Below are positions 24,336 to 37,390 of a stretch of DNA of 63,799 nucleotides, piece by piece. Origin of the DNA: Octopus bimaculoides. Its lineage: Eukaryota. The notes under the pieces are model-generated. The model saw only the letters and a program-made list of their open reading frames with translations. It was not told where the DNA came from and made no database searches. The stretch spans positions 90,377,470 through 90,441,268 of the forward strand of contig NC_068987.1 in the NCBI RefSeq assembly GCF_001194135.2, written 5' to 3'. Positions within the stretch are counted from its first letter, which is position 1. The number at the start of each line of letters is the position of its first letter. Made by a program: the position numbers and the translations under genes.

Positions 24336-27169
24336 TATAGTAACAAAGCCTTAAAAAATTCCCAATAGCATAGACATAAAATGTCCTAAAATTGCTGAAA
24401 ATAAAATATAGATTAAAAGGGCTACTTTATCCTCTAAATAATTTTATATAGGAAAAGAGAACTACCACTTGAGATTAAAGTTTGTAAGTGTTGGAAAAAT
24501 AGCACATGTGTATGTGCATGCATATTTAAAATGAATTAGAATCAGAGCAAGGGAAATAAAATATAAGATTAGTAGAAAGGAACAGAAATGGCAAGTAGCA
24601 GACATTAAAGCATCAGTGGGAGTATAATCAAACTGACAATGTTTCACATTTTATTCTAAGGACCAAAACCAGAAATTCACAATTCTTTTCTAATCCATTG
24701 GCACAAGTCAATCAAAAACCTAATTATTCAACTGATTTCTGCCGACTCTGATTGTCTAGCTTTTTTTAAGTTTTGTCAGGAGAGACTCGAAATGGCCTAA
24801 AAACGATCCAGAAGAATTCAGAGATACTGGTTTTTAAGTCTATATCAATTAAAAAAATTGCTTATTTGTAGACCCAAACTATCTTAGCTTTGGCAGTTTA
24901 TCTTTTTAAATGGCTGTATATACTGTATGTATAACAGTTTATAGAATAGATAGACTGTATCCTTGTATATTGTAGGAAGCAATCAAAAGGATTGGCATCA
25001 GAAAAAGCATCCAGCTGTAAAACACTTCCACAGAAAGTCCTCATCCAACCCATGCTAACCTGGAAAAGCAAATGTAAAAGTGGTGATTATTTTAAATCAT
25101 TTTCAGAGGACAAAAACACAGTTGGTTAGAACTTTACAAACGGCAAGAGTGATAAGGAAGCATATGTGCAACTTGGGAATGAACAAATAGCACAAGGGTT
25201 TTGCAAGGATTTTGTTTATTGTTTTTTTTTTTTTGTTTTTTTTTTTTGGTAACACACACACAATTTCTGTTCACCAAATTTTCCTGACAAGGCATAGGCC
25301 AACCTGTGGCCATGAGTAAAAGACGTTTGCCGAAAGTGCCACAGAGCAGACTATGGTTGCAAAGTGTACGTTTTAATCCGACAATCACATTGATGGAATG
25401 AACCTTCAGAGCGCTGAGTCTTTACTATTCTATCAAATATTAAAAGCATAACTCCAGAATAAAGTATCCTTGGAAGACAAAAACAACTGCAGACATTAAA
25501 AGATGATGTTCTGTAGCACCAAGCATGCAACCAGTAACCCTAGAAGCATGTTCAGTCATATGTGACCACCATTGCTGAAATGAACTTAAAATATAACTTA
25601 AATTGGCATTATTGTTCAATAAGAATAGACATAACCCCATGAGTATGAAGGTTTAACAGTGTATTCTCAACCCAAATAAATGTGCATAAAGATGGTAAAT
25701 GGAGAGAAAGAGAGCAAGCCACTTGAATGCAGAGATGCAGTATGAACAAAAATGACGAAAAAGAAAAATGCACATTGTCTAAATCACAGTACAATATACC
25801 AAACAGGAGTTTATTATTTGCATAGGAGTGCAAACTCACAAAAAAAAAAAAAAAATCAATAGAACATTTTTATCCTTTGAAGTTTGCAAAGCCTTGAAAA
25901 CTTTGATAAACTTATCAAAATGAAGTCTCAACTATAAAAATCCAGAATATTCTGTTATTTCCCTTAAATGTTACTAAAAAAACATAACTTGTCAGAAATA
26001 GTTGAGAGTACTAAAATTCTTAGAAAAGAAAATCTGATACCAAATACATCAAATCTCAACAATTTATGATCATTACAACTGCCATTATCTTTGAATTCCA
26101 ATATCTTTCTTATAAGATTCAGAAAAAAAATTTTTTCGAGGAATATGGCAAAAGTAATTAAAAAAATCTCGTGACTTAACATATTACATCGGCATAGGGT
26201 TCCGAACTTGTGGAGGAGGGAATTAAGTTAACCAATTCAACACTCTTGAATTTACTTTATCTGGCTTTTGTAGAATTTCAACTCAGAACACAAACAAAAA
26301 AAAAAACTAAATATTTTAAAGCCTTTCCCCCAGTGTGCTACCATTTCTGCCACCCCATGAGCACTAAAGCAAGGGTACTAAGCTCCTAATAAACCAAACA
26401 TGCAAACTACATTCTGTTTCTAGCAGTAGCTGTTTCGTGTGATTCACTACTCCTCTTGAAAAGGCATAAACAGCACAACACATTCCCTCAACTACTGAAT
26501 CAACGAAGCTGATGTTTGATCATAAAATGGTTAAACCTACTCAAATACAATCAACACTCAAGCCTTATAAACTCCATGGTAATTAGCAGGTTAGGGTGTA
26601 TCATTGACATGCAGTTAGGGTGTATCATTGACATGGACAAAATGTTGATGGACATACAGTTCTTTGTGACATAAGATACATATCTATTACAAAAAGTGTC
26701 TCTTACAGAAAAAAAAGACTCCCAGAAAAACAAACAAAAAAAAACCTCCCTGAGTTCTATATGCAAAGTTGAGTCTCCCATAAGCATTAATGCATTACAA
26801 ACTATTTTTTCTGGAGATGTGCTACTGAAATTTAGGTGCATCTAATATGGTGGTGTGTCTTTTAAACCATCAAATATAATATGTTAATGACAAAAATAAT
26901 GAAAAGTTTATCAAAATTTCCTTTTCAAAAGCTGGGGTGAAAACTAAATGGAAAAAGTTGATGGAATTATTATTTCTGTCTGCAACAAAGGGATTCTCTC
27001 CAAGTGTAGAGTACACAGTATGAAACCAGTGTAGGAAATGTGATTTTGTATTAACATTAAATGTGAAGGATGTGTGAAGGTTGCAAAACTAAAAAACAGA
27101 TAAAGAGGTGTGATGAGCTGGGTGTGTAATGTGAGACGGAACAGAAATGTACTTTGAGAAGAACTGGGT

Positions 27170-27530
27170 ATATGGGTGCAGGTGTGGCAGTGCAGAAAGA
27201 AGTTTTGTTTCCCAACCACATGGTTCTTGGTTCAGTCTTATTGTGTGGCACCTTGGGCAAGTGTGTTTTACAATAACCTCGGACCAAGCCTTGTCAATGG
27301 ATTTGGTAGACAGAAACTGAAAGAAGTTTGTTGTGTGTATGTGTGTGTGTGTGTGTGTGATTTTGTCCCCCACCACTGTTGTGCTTACATCCCTGTACTA
27401 TAGCAGTGTGGCAAAAGAGACCAATAGAATAAGGACAAGGAAGTCCTGGGGTCAATTCATTTGACTAAAATACTTCAAAGCAGTGCTCCAGCATGGCCTG
27501 TTGTCCAGTGACTAAAACAAGTAATAGATA
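27170..27530 (+). mobile_element. SINE family A, near full length
   Basis: Head, ggcaccttgggcaagtg CORE-like motif, internal (GT)n, aaaagaaaa tail; further copies ~25230-25390(-), 28690-29070(+), 30340-30480(-), 40400-40810(-), 41230-41410(+), 47500-48430(-, several), 56380-56940(-), 61165-61360(-). Confidence 0.75.
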
Positions 27531-30500
27531 AAAGAAAAAAAAAAGATAGGAAGAACTAGTTGTGGTGTGATTGAGAAGAGTTAGCATAGGTTTGGATGTA
27601 TGATGCATGTGGAGGATGGCACAGTGACACTGCATGATGGTGGGGCAAGGACTGCACTGGGTGAGCACTTTAAGAGCATTTCATGCAGTCAAAGGTAAGT
27701 TATGTTCAAGGAAGGAGGCAGTCAGATTACCATACAGGGCAACCAAAACCCACACAGTGCCACTAGGATGATGGTTGTGCAAAAATATAAACAAGCAAAG
27801 TGAAAGGACTCTGCAGAAGATGAAGACATGAGCAGAGGTGGTTAAGCAGATCTTGAGTCGAAACTCATAAAGGTGATAATTCTACTCAGAGGAGAAACTA
27901 ATCTCAGCCACCAGATAAGAATTAACCAAAACCAACCATATCAAATGTAAAGGTCTTTTAAGCCCTCGGGTGGTGTTGTTTAGATCTAAATCAACCCTGA
28001 TTGAACAGAGACTGACCAAAAACATTCAAGTCAGGATCAACAAGTTTTTTTTTTGTTTGTTTTTTTTCTCTTCTTTACATAAATAGTTTACTTTGGACAA
28101 TATCATCCAAAATATTCTTTAAAAAGCACTTGGATATACTTTAAGTGAGATTTGGCTGTAGTTTCTAGAAGGTCAAAAGACCACAATGAGTCCTCTTTAT
28201 TTGCTCAAAACCTGGAAGCTTTAAGAGCTGATTGTTAGAATAAGGAAGCCTCTACACTGTCAGTTGACTTGCTAGAAATAGCAGCATTGCTTCAAGTCAA
28301 ACTCTACCATCTTAAAAAAGAAAGGACACCTAGAACAATATTGTAGCTGATCTACAAAAATATGGAATGGTCATGGAATGGAACACCTTTTGTCAGAGGT
28401 CTGCTCCATTATAACTGACCAGAGGCTAAATTACAAAGAAAGAAAGAAAGAAACCTCTACACGTAAGAAATAGCACCCTAAAATCTTACAACAGAGGGGA
28501 GGGGGTAATGTAATCCTGTTTATGCCTGCAAAAATAAAGATGAAATGACCACAACAAGAATAGGTTTGGTTAATCGTTGTTGACGGACACTTAAAAAAAA
28601 GTTGTTTGGAATCTCAGAACAATCAAAGTTCCCCAAATAGAATAGGTTTGCATATTATGAGAAAAACATTCTTTTGAGCTCAGCCTGGACCCCTAAAAGC
28701 CCCTCAGGTCTTTGGGGACATTTACATTTACAAGCATGCATAGCTCAGTGCCAGTGTGAAAGCACCTTGGGAAAGTGTCTTCTACTACAGCCCATGGCTG
28801 ACCAATGCCTTGGGAATGAATTTGATAAATGGAAAATGTGTGGAAGCCCATCAAAATGTATGCATGTGTGTGGATTTGTGTTTGTCCCTACCTCCACTCC
28901 ACCCATGACAACCAGTGTTGGTTTGTTTACATTCTCATTACTTAGCAGCTCGGTGAAAGAGACTGATAGACTAGGTACCAAACAAAAATATATATACTGG
29001 GGTCAACTTATTTGACTAAACTCTTCAAAGCAGTGCTCCAGCATGGCCACAGTCCAATGACAGAAGTAAGAGAGATAAAGCTTAACTAACAACACGGCCA
29101 CAGAAGAAATTATCTGATGAGTTTCTTACAAAATAGTGATTATCTAATGAAACCGGGCAAAGCTTATAATCCAAGTATAAAAATATAACTTAATAACGTT
29201 ATGAATCTATCAATAGTTTTTTTTTTTTTCTTTTAAAGAGGCCAGGTTAAGTGACAAATTCGTTCCTGATATCAGTCAATTGTTACAAGAAAAAATACCA
29301 CTCATCATTCCATTGATTAATTGCACAAGCTGGCTAAGAGCCAGTACAGGTTTCAAAGTTTAAGTGGACTGTGTTATTGAGAGAGATAGAGAGACAGACA
29401 GACAGACAGAGAAACAGGTGATTTCCCCGCACAAAGACTGCTCCATGAGAGGCGGTTTATAATTGAGAAAGTAGCTTCTGATAAATATGCATTACTGTTA
29501 ACAAACATCACAGCAAGTGGTTTGTTTTATTTACAGTGGAAGCAGACTTCTATTTGTTCCGATGAATGTCAGTTCTTCATACAACACCAACAACAAAAAC
29601 AACAAAACATACAAGTAAAAAAAAAACAAGCTATATTTTAACTGTTTCAAAATGTCAGCTAATACATAAATGAGGTCAAACAAAATAAATAAAATCAATT
29701 GTATACTGGCTGTTGGTAAAAGAACTCCAATCCATTTCCCCCCTCCATCCCACCCCTGAACAGTTTCACATTTATTTGTACCAAACTAGCACGAGTGGGT
29801 GGAATGAGTCTTCAAATTTACATATGAGCTAATGGAGCATGTTAAACTTAGGATTGGTAAATGTTCTTATAGTTAATCTATAAGGTGTTAAATATATAAA
29901 TGTAAAACATCTGCCAATCTTTGATGCGTTTCAGAAATGCTGATATTTTTAATCCAGTTTCACAGTGCAAAGGAAAACAAATCTGCCTCTTGGATAGGAT
30001 ATCCATCTATCACAAATAACATTAGATGCCCCATATCATCATCATTACCATCATCATCATCACCATCACCGCCATTACCACCACCATCATCACCATCACC
30101 ATCAGCATTTAATATCTGCTTTTCAATGCTTGCATGGGTCAGACAAATTTATTGAGCAGATTTTCTCTGACCAGATGCCCTTCCTGTTGCTAACCCTCAT
30201 CCATTTCAAAGCAAGGTAATATTTCCCCATGGCCAGATAAGTTCTTCATGGAAGACTGGAAATGAACCTCACTTGTATGATGATGATGATGATGCTCCTT
30301 TATACCATCACATGATGTCTACACAAAGGTGTACACACACACACAGAGCGGACATCTTTAGTTTCTGTCTACGAAATCCACATGGCTTTGGTCAGCCCAG
30401 AGCTATAGTAAAAGACACTTGCCCAAGGTGACACAGAGTGGAACTAAACCAAAGACCACACAGTTGGGAAGCAAGCTAGGTTTTGCACATTATAATTCCT

Positions 30501-31851
30501 CTGCAATTCAACTTGTAAAGAATAGGGGTAGAGAGAGAAAGAGATAGTAACATAGTGGAAAAGAACAAAACTTGTAATTAGTAAATATTTGGGGTTGCCT
30601 AAAATGTGAAAATCAAGCAGTTGGAAATATTGTAAGTGTAGATTCTTGAATGAAAGAGTGGATCTTGAACTAAAAACATCAGTCAAGGAAGTGCGTATTA
30701 AACAATAACTGACAGCAAAAGAGACTTGTACAGAGCATGTTCAAATTGACAGGGGACACCAGGCAACAAATTGAAAAATAAGCAGTTCATAGTCTCAGGG
30801 AGTGTGTGATATGTTTATAGCCAAAGTTTGAAATAGTTGAGTTCACCAAACTGTAAACAAATATACTGCAGGGTAAGAACAACTCACTACCAAAATCTAG
30901 AAGCAACGGTACGGTAAAAATTTCCAAGTTTCCTCTTGACAACTGGTGTTGGTTTGTTTACATCTTCATAACTTAGTGATCCACCAAAAGAACATGTTAG
31001 AATAAATACCAGATTTTTAAAAAATAAGTATTGAGTAAGTTTGTTCAAGTAAACCTTTCCAGGTGGTGCTCCAGCATGGCTGCAGTCCAATGACCGAAAC
31101 AAGCCACAGATAAAAAAAAAAGATTCTTATGACGATGAATGTATTGTACTAAAATAAGCAAGATAAAGGTAAAGGTAATTATCGAAGTTTCTCCTAAATC
31201 TAAGTTCATTTATAAAATATAAAAGTAGATATATTAAAATAAATGTATTGTAATAGTCTTTCCGACTGTAGGAACAAGGCTTGAAATTTCTGAGGAGGGG
31301 GGGGCAGTCGATTAGATTGACCCAGTATGCAACAGGTACTTAATTTATCAACCCTGAAAGGATGAAAGACAAAGTCAACCTCGGCGGAATTTGAACTCAG
31401 AACGTAACGGCAGATGAAATACCTCTAAGCATCTCACCCGGCGTGATAACGATTTTGCCAGCTCGCTACCAGCTCAATGCCTTGATAAATGTATTATAGT
31501 ATTAATTCTTAAAATAAGAAGCCTACCTATCAGAGAAATTCTAGAGAATTTCAGCATTTCCTCATTCTCATGAGACTGAAAAATGGATTTACCATTCAAA
31601 CAACAGGAAGTGACACATTAAATGCTTTCATTCAAGTTATTTTTAACTTCATCCTTAAAGTAAAAACAAATAAATAAATATTCAAAAGTATGACAATACA
31701 AATGTCATTGGTACAGTTTTGAATAAGTGACAGGCATGGATCTGTAGCTAAGATGTCTGTTTTGGCAACACATGACTTTATGGTCAACCATACTAGTAAA
31801 ACCTCACGATTGACCAATGCCTTGCAAGCGAAATTTAGTCAATGGTGACTC

Positions 31852-31903
<52 letters not shown>

Positions 31904-32219
31904 TGTGTGTGTGTGTGTGTGTGTGTNNNNNNNNNNNNNNNNNNNNNNNNNNNNNNNNNNNNNNNNNNNNNNNNNNNNNNNNNNNNNNNNNNNNNNNNNN
32001 NNNNNNNNNNNNNNNNNNNNNNNNNNNNNNNNNNNNNNNNNNNNNNNNNNNNNNNNNNNNNNNNNNNNNNNNNNNNNNNNNNNNNNNNNNNNNNNNNNNN
32101 NNNNNNNNNNNNNNNNNNNNNNNNNNNNNNNNNNNNNNNNNNNNNNNNNNNNNNNNNNNNNNNNNNNNNNNNNNNNNNNNNNNNNNNNNNNNNNNNNNNN
32201 NNNNNNNNNNNNNNNNNNN

Positions 32220-32265
<46 letters not shown>

Positions 32266-33434
32266 GTGTCCACATGACTTCATATTGGCACTGTCAGGGC
32301 AGAAATGAGTTTTGTTTATTTCTTGTACCTTGGTGGCTTGACACATGCATTATCATTGTCATTTTAACATTTATTTCACCATATTTGTTGAGGTTGGACA
32401 GAATACATTGATGTAGACTTTCTGCAGTGGGATGCCCTTCCTGTCACTAAACCTCACTCATTTCCAAGCAAGGTTTCATTTTCCCTATGATCAAACATCT
32501 TTTTCTCAGATGACAGGTAACAAACAGCCTCATTTATATGACAATAATCATTTACAACCTCACGTGATGTTTAGACATGTTTACACACACACACACACAC
32601 ACACAACTTCTTTCAGTTTCCAGCTACCAAATCCACTCACAAAGTTTTGGTCAGTCCAAGGTTATACTAAAAGACACTAGCCCAAGGTGCAGCACACTGG
32701 AAAAGAAAAACAGTACCTTACATGACAAGGAACAATTGACATCAGAAAAGACATCCAGTTTTAGAACATTTGCTTGGGTAGATTTTTTTTTTTAAATGAT
32801 GACGACATATAAACATTCAGGTCATTAAGACAACTTACAAACAAATTATATTCTTTTATGCATCTATTTTTTTTTACACCACTTCCATAAGTGAGATGGT
32901 TAAATTTGTTGGAACAACTATTTTTATGGCTAAATATTCTTTTTATAGTTAAATATTTGACTGAGAATCAACAGTGGAGTTTGTTTCTCTTTTATTCAAG
33001 CAAAGTAGAGCAAACAGATTTAGATATTTTTTTCTCAGGAAAACAATACATAAGCTGTAATAATATTTGAACTTATAACCAAGCAGTTAACAGCTCAACA
33101 CTTCAAACTCACAACCATTCAGCCTCATAAATTTTCTGTTTTACATAACTTCTCTTTAAATTTCAAATGTTTCCAAGTACATTTAACACGTGTCTCTCTT
33201 GTATGCACTTTTTCCTCCACCAATATTGTGGGAAGAAAGCATTTATTGGGAGAGAAAAGAAGTTCATTTCGCAACAATGGGACTTCAGAATGAATGTTGC
33301 TGCATGGGACCTTGGGCAAATGTCTCCTACCAAAGCATCAGGAAAACCAATGCCCTGTGAGAGATACAGACAGAAACTGCACAAAAGTCTATCATAGGCA
33401 CAGGAGTGGCTGTGTGGTAAGAAGATTGCTTCCC

Positions 33435-34620
33435 TGAGCTGCTTGGCAGCAGTTTGTTAGTGAGTATCGTACCAGTGGAAAGGAATGTATTCAGACCTTA
33501 GTGAGTATGAGATGTCCTCAGCTGAGGAGGAGCTCGTTAAGGCGGTAAATAGAATGGATGAGCATTTGGAAAGAGTAAAGAGTTTTGCTGAGGCTGCAGA
33601 GGTGAAGAAAAGGGAACTGGACCTAACCGGACTGAAGGAACTGTGGAAGATGACACAGAAGGTGGATAGTGATGTAAAGTAATTACCCCCGAAAAGGGGG
33701 AAAAGAAGACCATTACCTACAAGGTGTACTCAGTGGAGAGGAGGGAGATGGAGCAGAGAGAGATGGAAAAAGTAGAAAAGGCATTGAAGGAGCTTTTGAA
33801 GGAAGTGACATATATATAGCGAAAGGAAATGGATACGGGATGGTGGTTGTCTAGATTAGGACAGCGGAGGAGGCAAAGAGGCTGGCGAGTACAACGGTGA
33901 GAACGGAGGAAGTAGTACTTCTACCCACGTACCTTGGAAGAAAGACTTCTAAGGTGAGGGTAGAAGGAATCCCACCCAATATAAAAGTGGCTTGTGTTGC
34001 AGCAGCTGTCCTCATTGGTTGTGAGGAGGAGGTGGATGTCCTCCACACCACAGAGACGGAGGAAGGAGGAGATAGAGGAAAAACATTGGAAATCATCATA
34101 CAAGCAGAGGCAAAGCAGCTGGAAAATTTGGCGGAGATGGTGACGTTGGGAGAAATAGTATTGAGAGTATGGGTAAAGGGCAGAGTTCCGCAATGCTCTA
34201 AATGTGGCCAAAACGGCCACATTAGAGCTCACGGCCCTCTACAGAGGAAAACGACAGAAGCGGTGCTGGAGATGGAGGAGAAAAAGGAAGAAATACAGAT
34301 AGTTGGAAGGAACAAGGAGGATGAATGGACAGTGAGAGAGAATAAAAGGAAAAAGAGAAAGAAGAGGAAGAACAGTCAGTGTGATGTGGGACCCCAGACC
34401 AACTCCATCCCACCCAAGACCATTCAGACCCACCCTCCCCATACAGACACCAAACCTACCCACCCCCTCTCCCCACAGGAAATAAAAAAGAACAGACACC
34501 ACAAAATTTGTAAGACCCTTCCCCTGGTGAAAAAGGTTACGTGTACATGGAGAAGAGAGTGTTGTCATTCAGCGATGGGGAAAACCGTAAACGAAAGACT
34601 AGATCAAAGACTAAAGAGGA
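33435..34620 (+). mobile_element. L1/Tx1-type LINE ORF1 (gag-like) fragment, disrupted
   Basis: Helical acidic N-terminus (33485-33682), RRM-like segment (VRVEGIPPNI), degenerate zinc knuckle CSKCGQNGHIRAHG, basic EWTVRENKRKKRKK tract; stop codons and a frameshift; begins immediately after a family A SINE head (33396-33434). Confidence 0.7.
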
Positions 34621-35179
34621 CTTGGGACTCAGTGTGGGGTGAGTAACACACTTTTCATATTCTCATTTCTCAATTGCTTGACAACCGATGTTGGTGTGTT
34701 TACAACCCTGTAACTTAGCAGTTCGGCAAAAGAGACCAATAGAATAAGTACTGGGCTTGCAAAGAATAAGTCCTGGGGTCGATTTGTTTGACTAAAAGGT
34801 GATGCTCCAGTATGGCCAGCCAAATGACTGAAACAAATAAGAGAATAAAAGAATATCTACTTAATAGAGGTGTGTGTGTGTGGGGGGGGCGTTTGTAGCC
34901 ACATGGTTTCACAATGCCCCTGTTTCAGCAGTGGTGTTTATGTCTTCTATGAACAAAACATCCGGTTGTGGTTCGGCTTGTGGAGATGTGGAATCGATAT
35001 TTTACTTGAAAAACAAGGGTTTGCACAAGGGAGGGCACCTGGCATTCAGATTCCAAATCAGACAGAAAAAAGCAGATACAAATATGATGATGAACTCCAG
35101 CCATATCAACCACACCAAATATGGAAACATGTAAAAATCATGGGCACTGACCCTCCTCTCCTGGCTAAATTATAAACCA

Positions 35180-35590
35180 AGTGGGTGTGTGGTAACTAGC
35201 TTGCTTACCATCCACATGGTTCCGGGTTCAGCCCCACTGTGTGGCGCCTTGGGCAAGTGTCTTCTAGTATAGCCTAAGGCCGACCAAAGCCTTGTGAGTG
35301 GATTTGGTAGATGGAAACTGAAAGAAGCCAGTTGTATGTATGTATGTATGTATGTATGTATGTATGTATGTATGTATGTATATGTGTGTGTGTGTGTGTT
35401 TTTGTCCCAACATTGCTTGACAACTGATGGTGGTGTGTTTATGCCCCCCCACCCATAACTTAGTGGTTCGGCAAAAAAGACTGATAGAATAAGTACTAGG
35501 CTTACAAAGAATAAGTCCTGGGGTCGATTTGCTCGACTAAAGGTGGTGCTGCAGCATGGCCACAGTCAAATGACTGAAACAAGTAAAAGA
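35180..35590 (+). mobile_element. SINE family A, full length, low divergence
   Basis: gtgtggtaactagcttgcttacc...ggttcagccccactgtgtggcgccttgggcaagtgtc...(GTAT)n...gactgaaacaagtaaaagaat. Confidence 0.85.
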
Positions 35591-36159
35591 ATTTAAATAG
35601 GAGCAGATGTGGCTGGGTGTTTGCTTCCCAATCAAGTGGTCTTGGGTTCAGTCCCACTGTGTGGGACACTTGGGGCAAGTGCCTTCGACTATAGTCTTAG
35701 GCCAACTAAAACCTTATGTGTAGATTTGGTACATGGAAACTAAAAGAAGCCTGCCATCTGGACATCACATGAGAGTTGTAAATGAGAATCATTGTCATAC
35801 AAGCAGTGTCGTTCATTTGCAATATTCTGTGAGAACAAGGCAGCGAGCTGGCAGAATCATTACTGTGCCAGGCAAAGTGCTTAGCGGCATTTCGCCCGTC
35901 TTTACATTGAGTTCAAATTCCACCGAGGTCAACTTTGCTTGCCATCCTTTTGAGGTCAATGAAATAAGTACCAGTTGAGCATGGGGTGGGGGTGGGGTAT
36001 CAATTGATTTAACCCTTCCTCCAAAATTGCTGACCTTGTGCCAAAATTTGAAACCAATATTCTGTGAGAAAATGTCTGGCCATGGAGAAATATTACCTTA
36101 CTTGGAAACAGGGAGGGCATCCAGCTGTAGAAAATCTGTTTGAGTAAACTCTGTTGGAC

Positions 36160-36309
36160 ACACACACTTGGAAAAGTGGACAATATGAGCCCCTAAAGGA
36201 AAGAGGAAGCACAGAAGCCTCAAGAATATCTGAAGAAGAACTGTGGAAAAAGAGAGGCAAGCAGGTGGAATGTGGAACCAGGCAAGAACCACAGCCACTG
36301 ACAGGACAG

Positions 36310-36320
<11 letters not shown>
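36160..36320 (+). pseudogene. RTE LINE extreme C-terminus remnant
   Basis: QAGGMWNQARTTATDRTAW resembles the RTE W...A.DR..W end; followed by (GA)n. Confidence 0.4.
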
Positions 36321-36382
<62 letters not shown>

Positions 36383-36977
36383 AGAGTGGAAAACTTATGT
36401 GTTACCTAAAAGTACAAAATGGGAAGAAGAATTCGAGACAGAATGACAAATGCTCAATGCTGCAATCTATAACTGTCATCCAACATGGGATAGCTATGCA
36501 CTTCAAGTGCCATCAGTGGTCGGCTCTTTTACAATTGGGTTTTGAGTCAAGAAAAGACTTTTCTTGATCAGTCCTCAGCACCCAGCTTGTATGTCATGGT
36601 CCTCCAGGAAATAAAGTAATTTAAGTCAGGCTGCCCCTAGGAGCTCCTCTATGCTGATGACTTTGTTCTTATAGCTGAGTCACTATCAGAACTGGAGAAA
36701 AAAATTTCAGGTGTGGAAGCAAGGTCTGGAATCAAAGGGCCTCAGAGTTAATTTAGTAAAAATCAAAGTTTTAGTAAGTAGGAAAGCAGACAAATTACAA
36801 ATCCTTTCAGGTAGATGGCCCTGCTTGATATGTAGAAAAGGTGTAAGTAGAAACTCCATCAGGTGTACATAATGTAAACTATGGACACATAAGAGGTGCA
36901 GCAATATCAGAGGAAGGTTAACAGGGAAAATAGTGTATGTGTGTGACAGATGCACAGGTACAATAAACACTAGAAAT

Positions 36978-37390
36978 ACTATTCTATATTTTTGAGATGA
37001 GGAATTCTATACATTATCTACATTTGATGGACATGTGTCCTCGTCTTGTTTGTTGTTACCACAACGTTTCAGCTGATTTATTCTCCAGCCTTCATCAGGT
37101 GTCCTGGAAGAATTTTGAACCTAACCCTGGGTTCTCACTCCTAAGGTATTTTTTGCTGATGTTATTATTTATTCAAGGCACTGCCTGGAATTGAACTCAC
37201 AATTTTGGCGTTAGAAGCCTGCTATCTTAACCATTACGCTATATGCCCGTGAGCATATAGCGTAATGGTTAAGAGCACGGGCTACTAATGCCGAGATTGC
37301 AAGTTCAATTCCAGGCAGTGCCTTGAATAAATAATAACAACATCTAATGTATAGAATATCTGTCCAATGTAAATAATGTAAATTTACATT
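36978..37390. mobile_element. Palindromic tRNA-headed element with hammerhead ribozyme
   Basis: Perfect TSD aataaacactagaaat (36962-36977 / 37391-37406); inverted arms 37160-37246 and 37253-37339, each a tRNA-like head pointing outward; long left unit with ribozyme, short right unit; both end in aatgta-rich tails. Confidence 0.85.
37058..37102 (-). ncRNA. Minimal Penelope-type hammerhead ribozyme motif
   Basis: Minus strand CAC-CTGATGA-AG-GCTG gagaataaat CAGC-T-GAAAC-GTT-GTG: short helix I CAC/GTG, helix II GCTG/CAGC, palindromic AACGTT helix III, GUU triplet. Confidence 0.7.

Noticed and set aside
31804-32411. ORFs spanning N runs (also at 39.4, 42.6, 57.2-58.9 and 61.3-62.3 kb)
   Set aside because: Artefacts of assembly gaps flanked by (GT)n/(TA)n
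37253-37320. tRNA gene
   Set aside because: No 3' acceptor-stem pairing or terminator; continues into repeat body; it is a SINE-like head, as are the heads at 6897, 9026 and 60722
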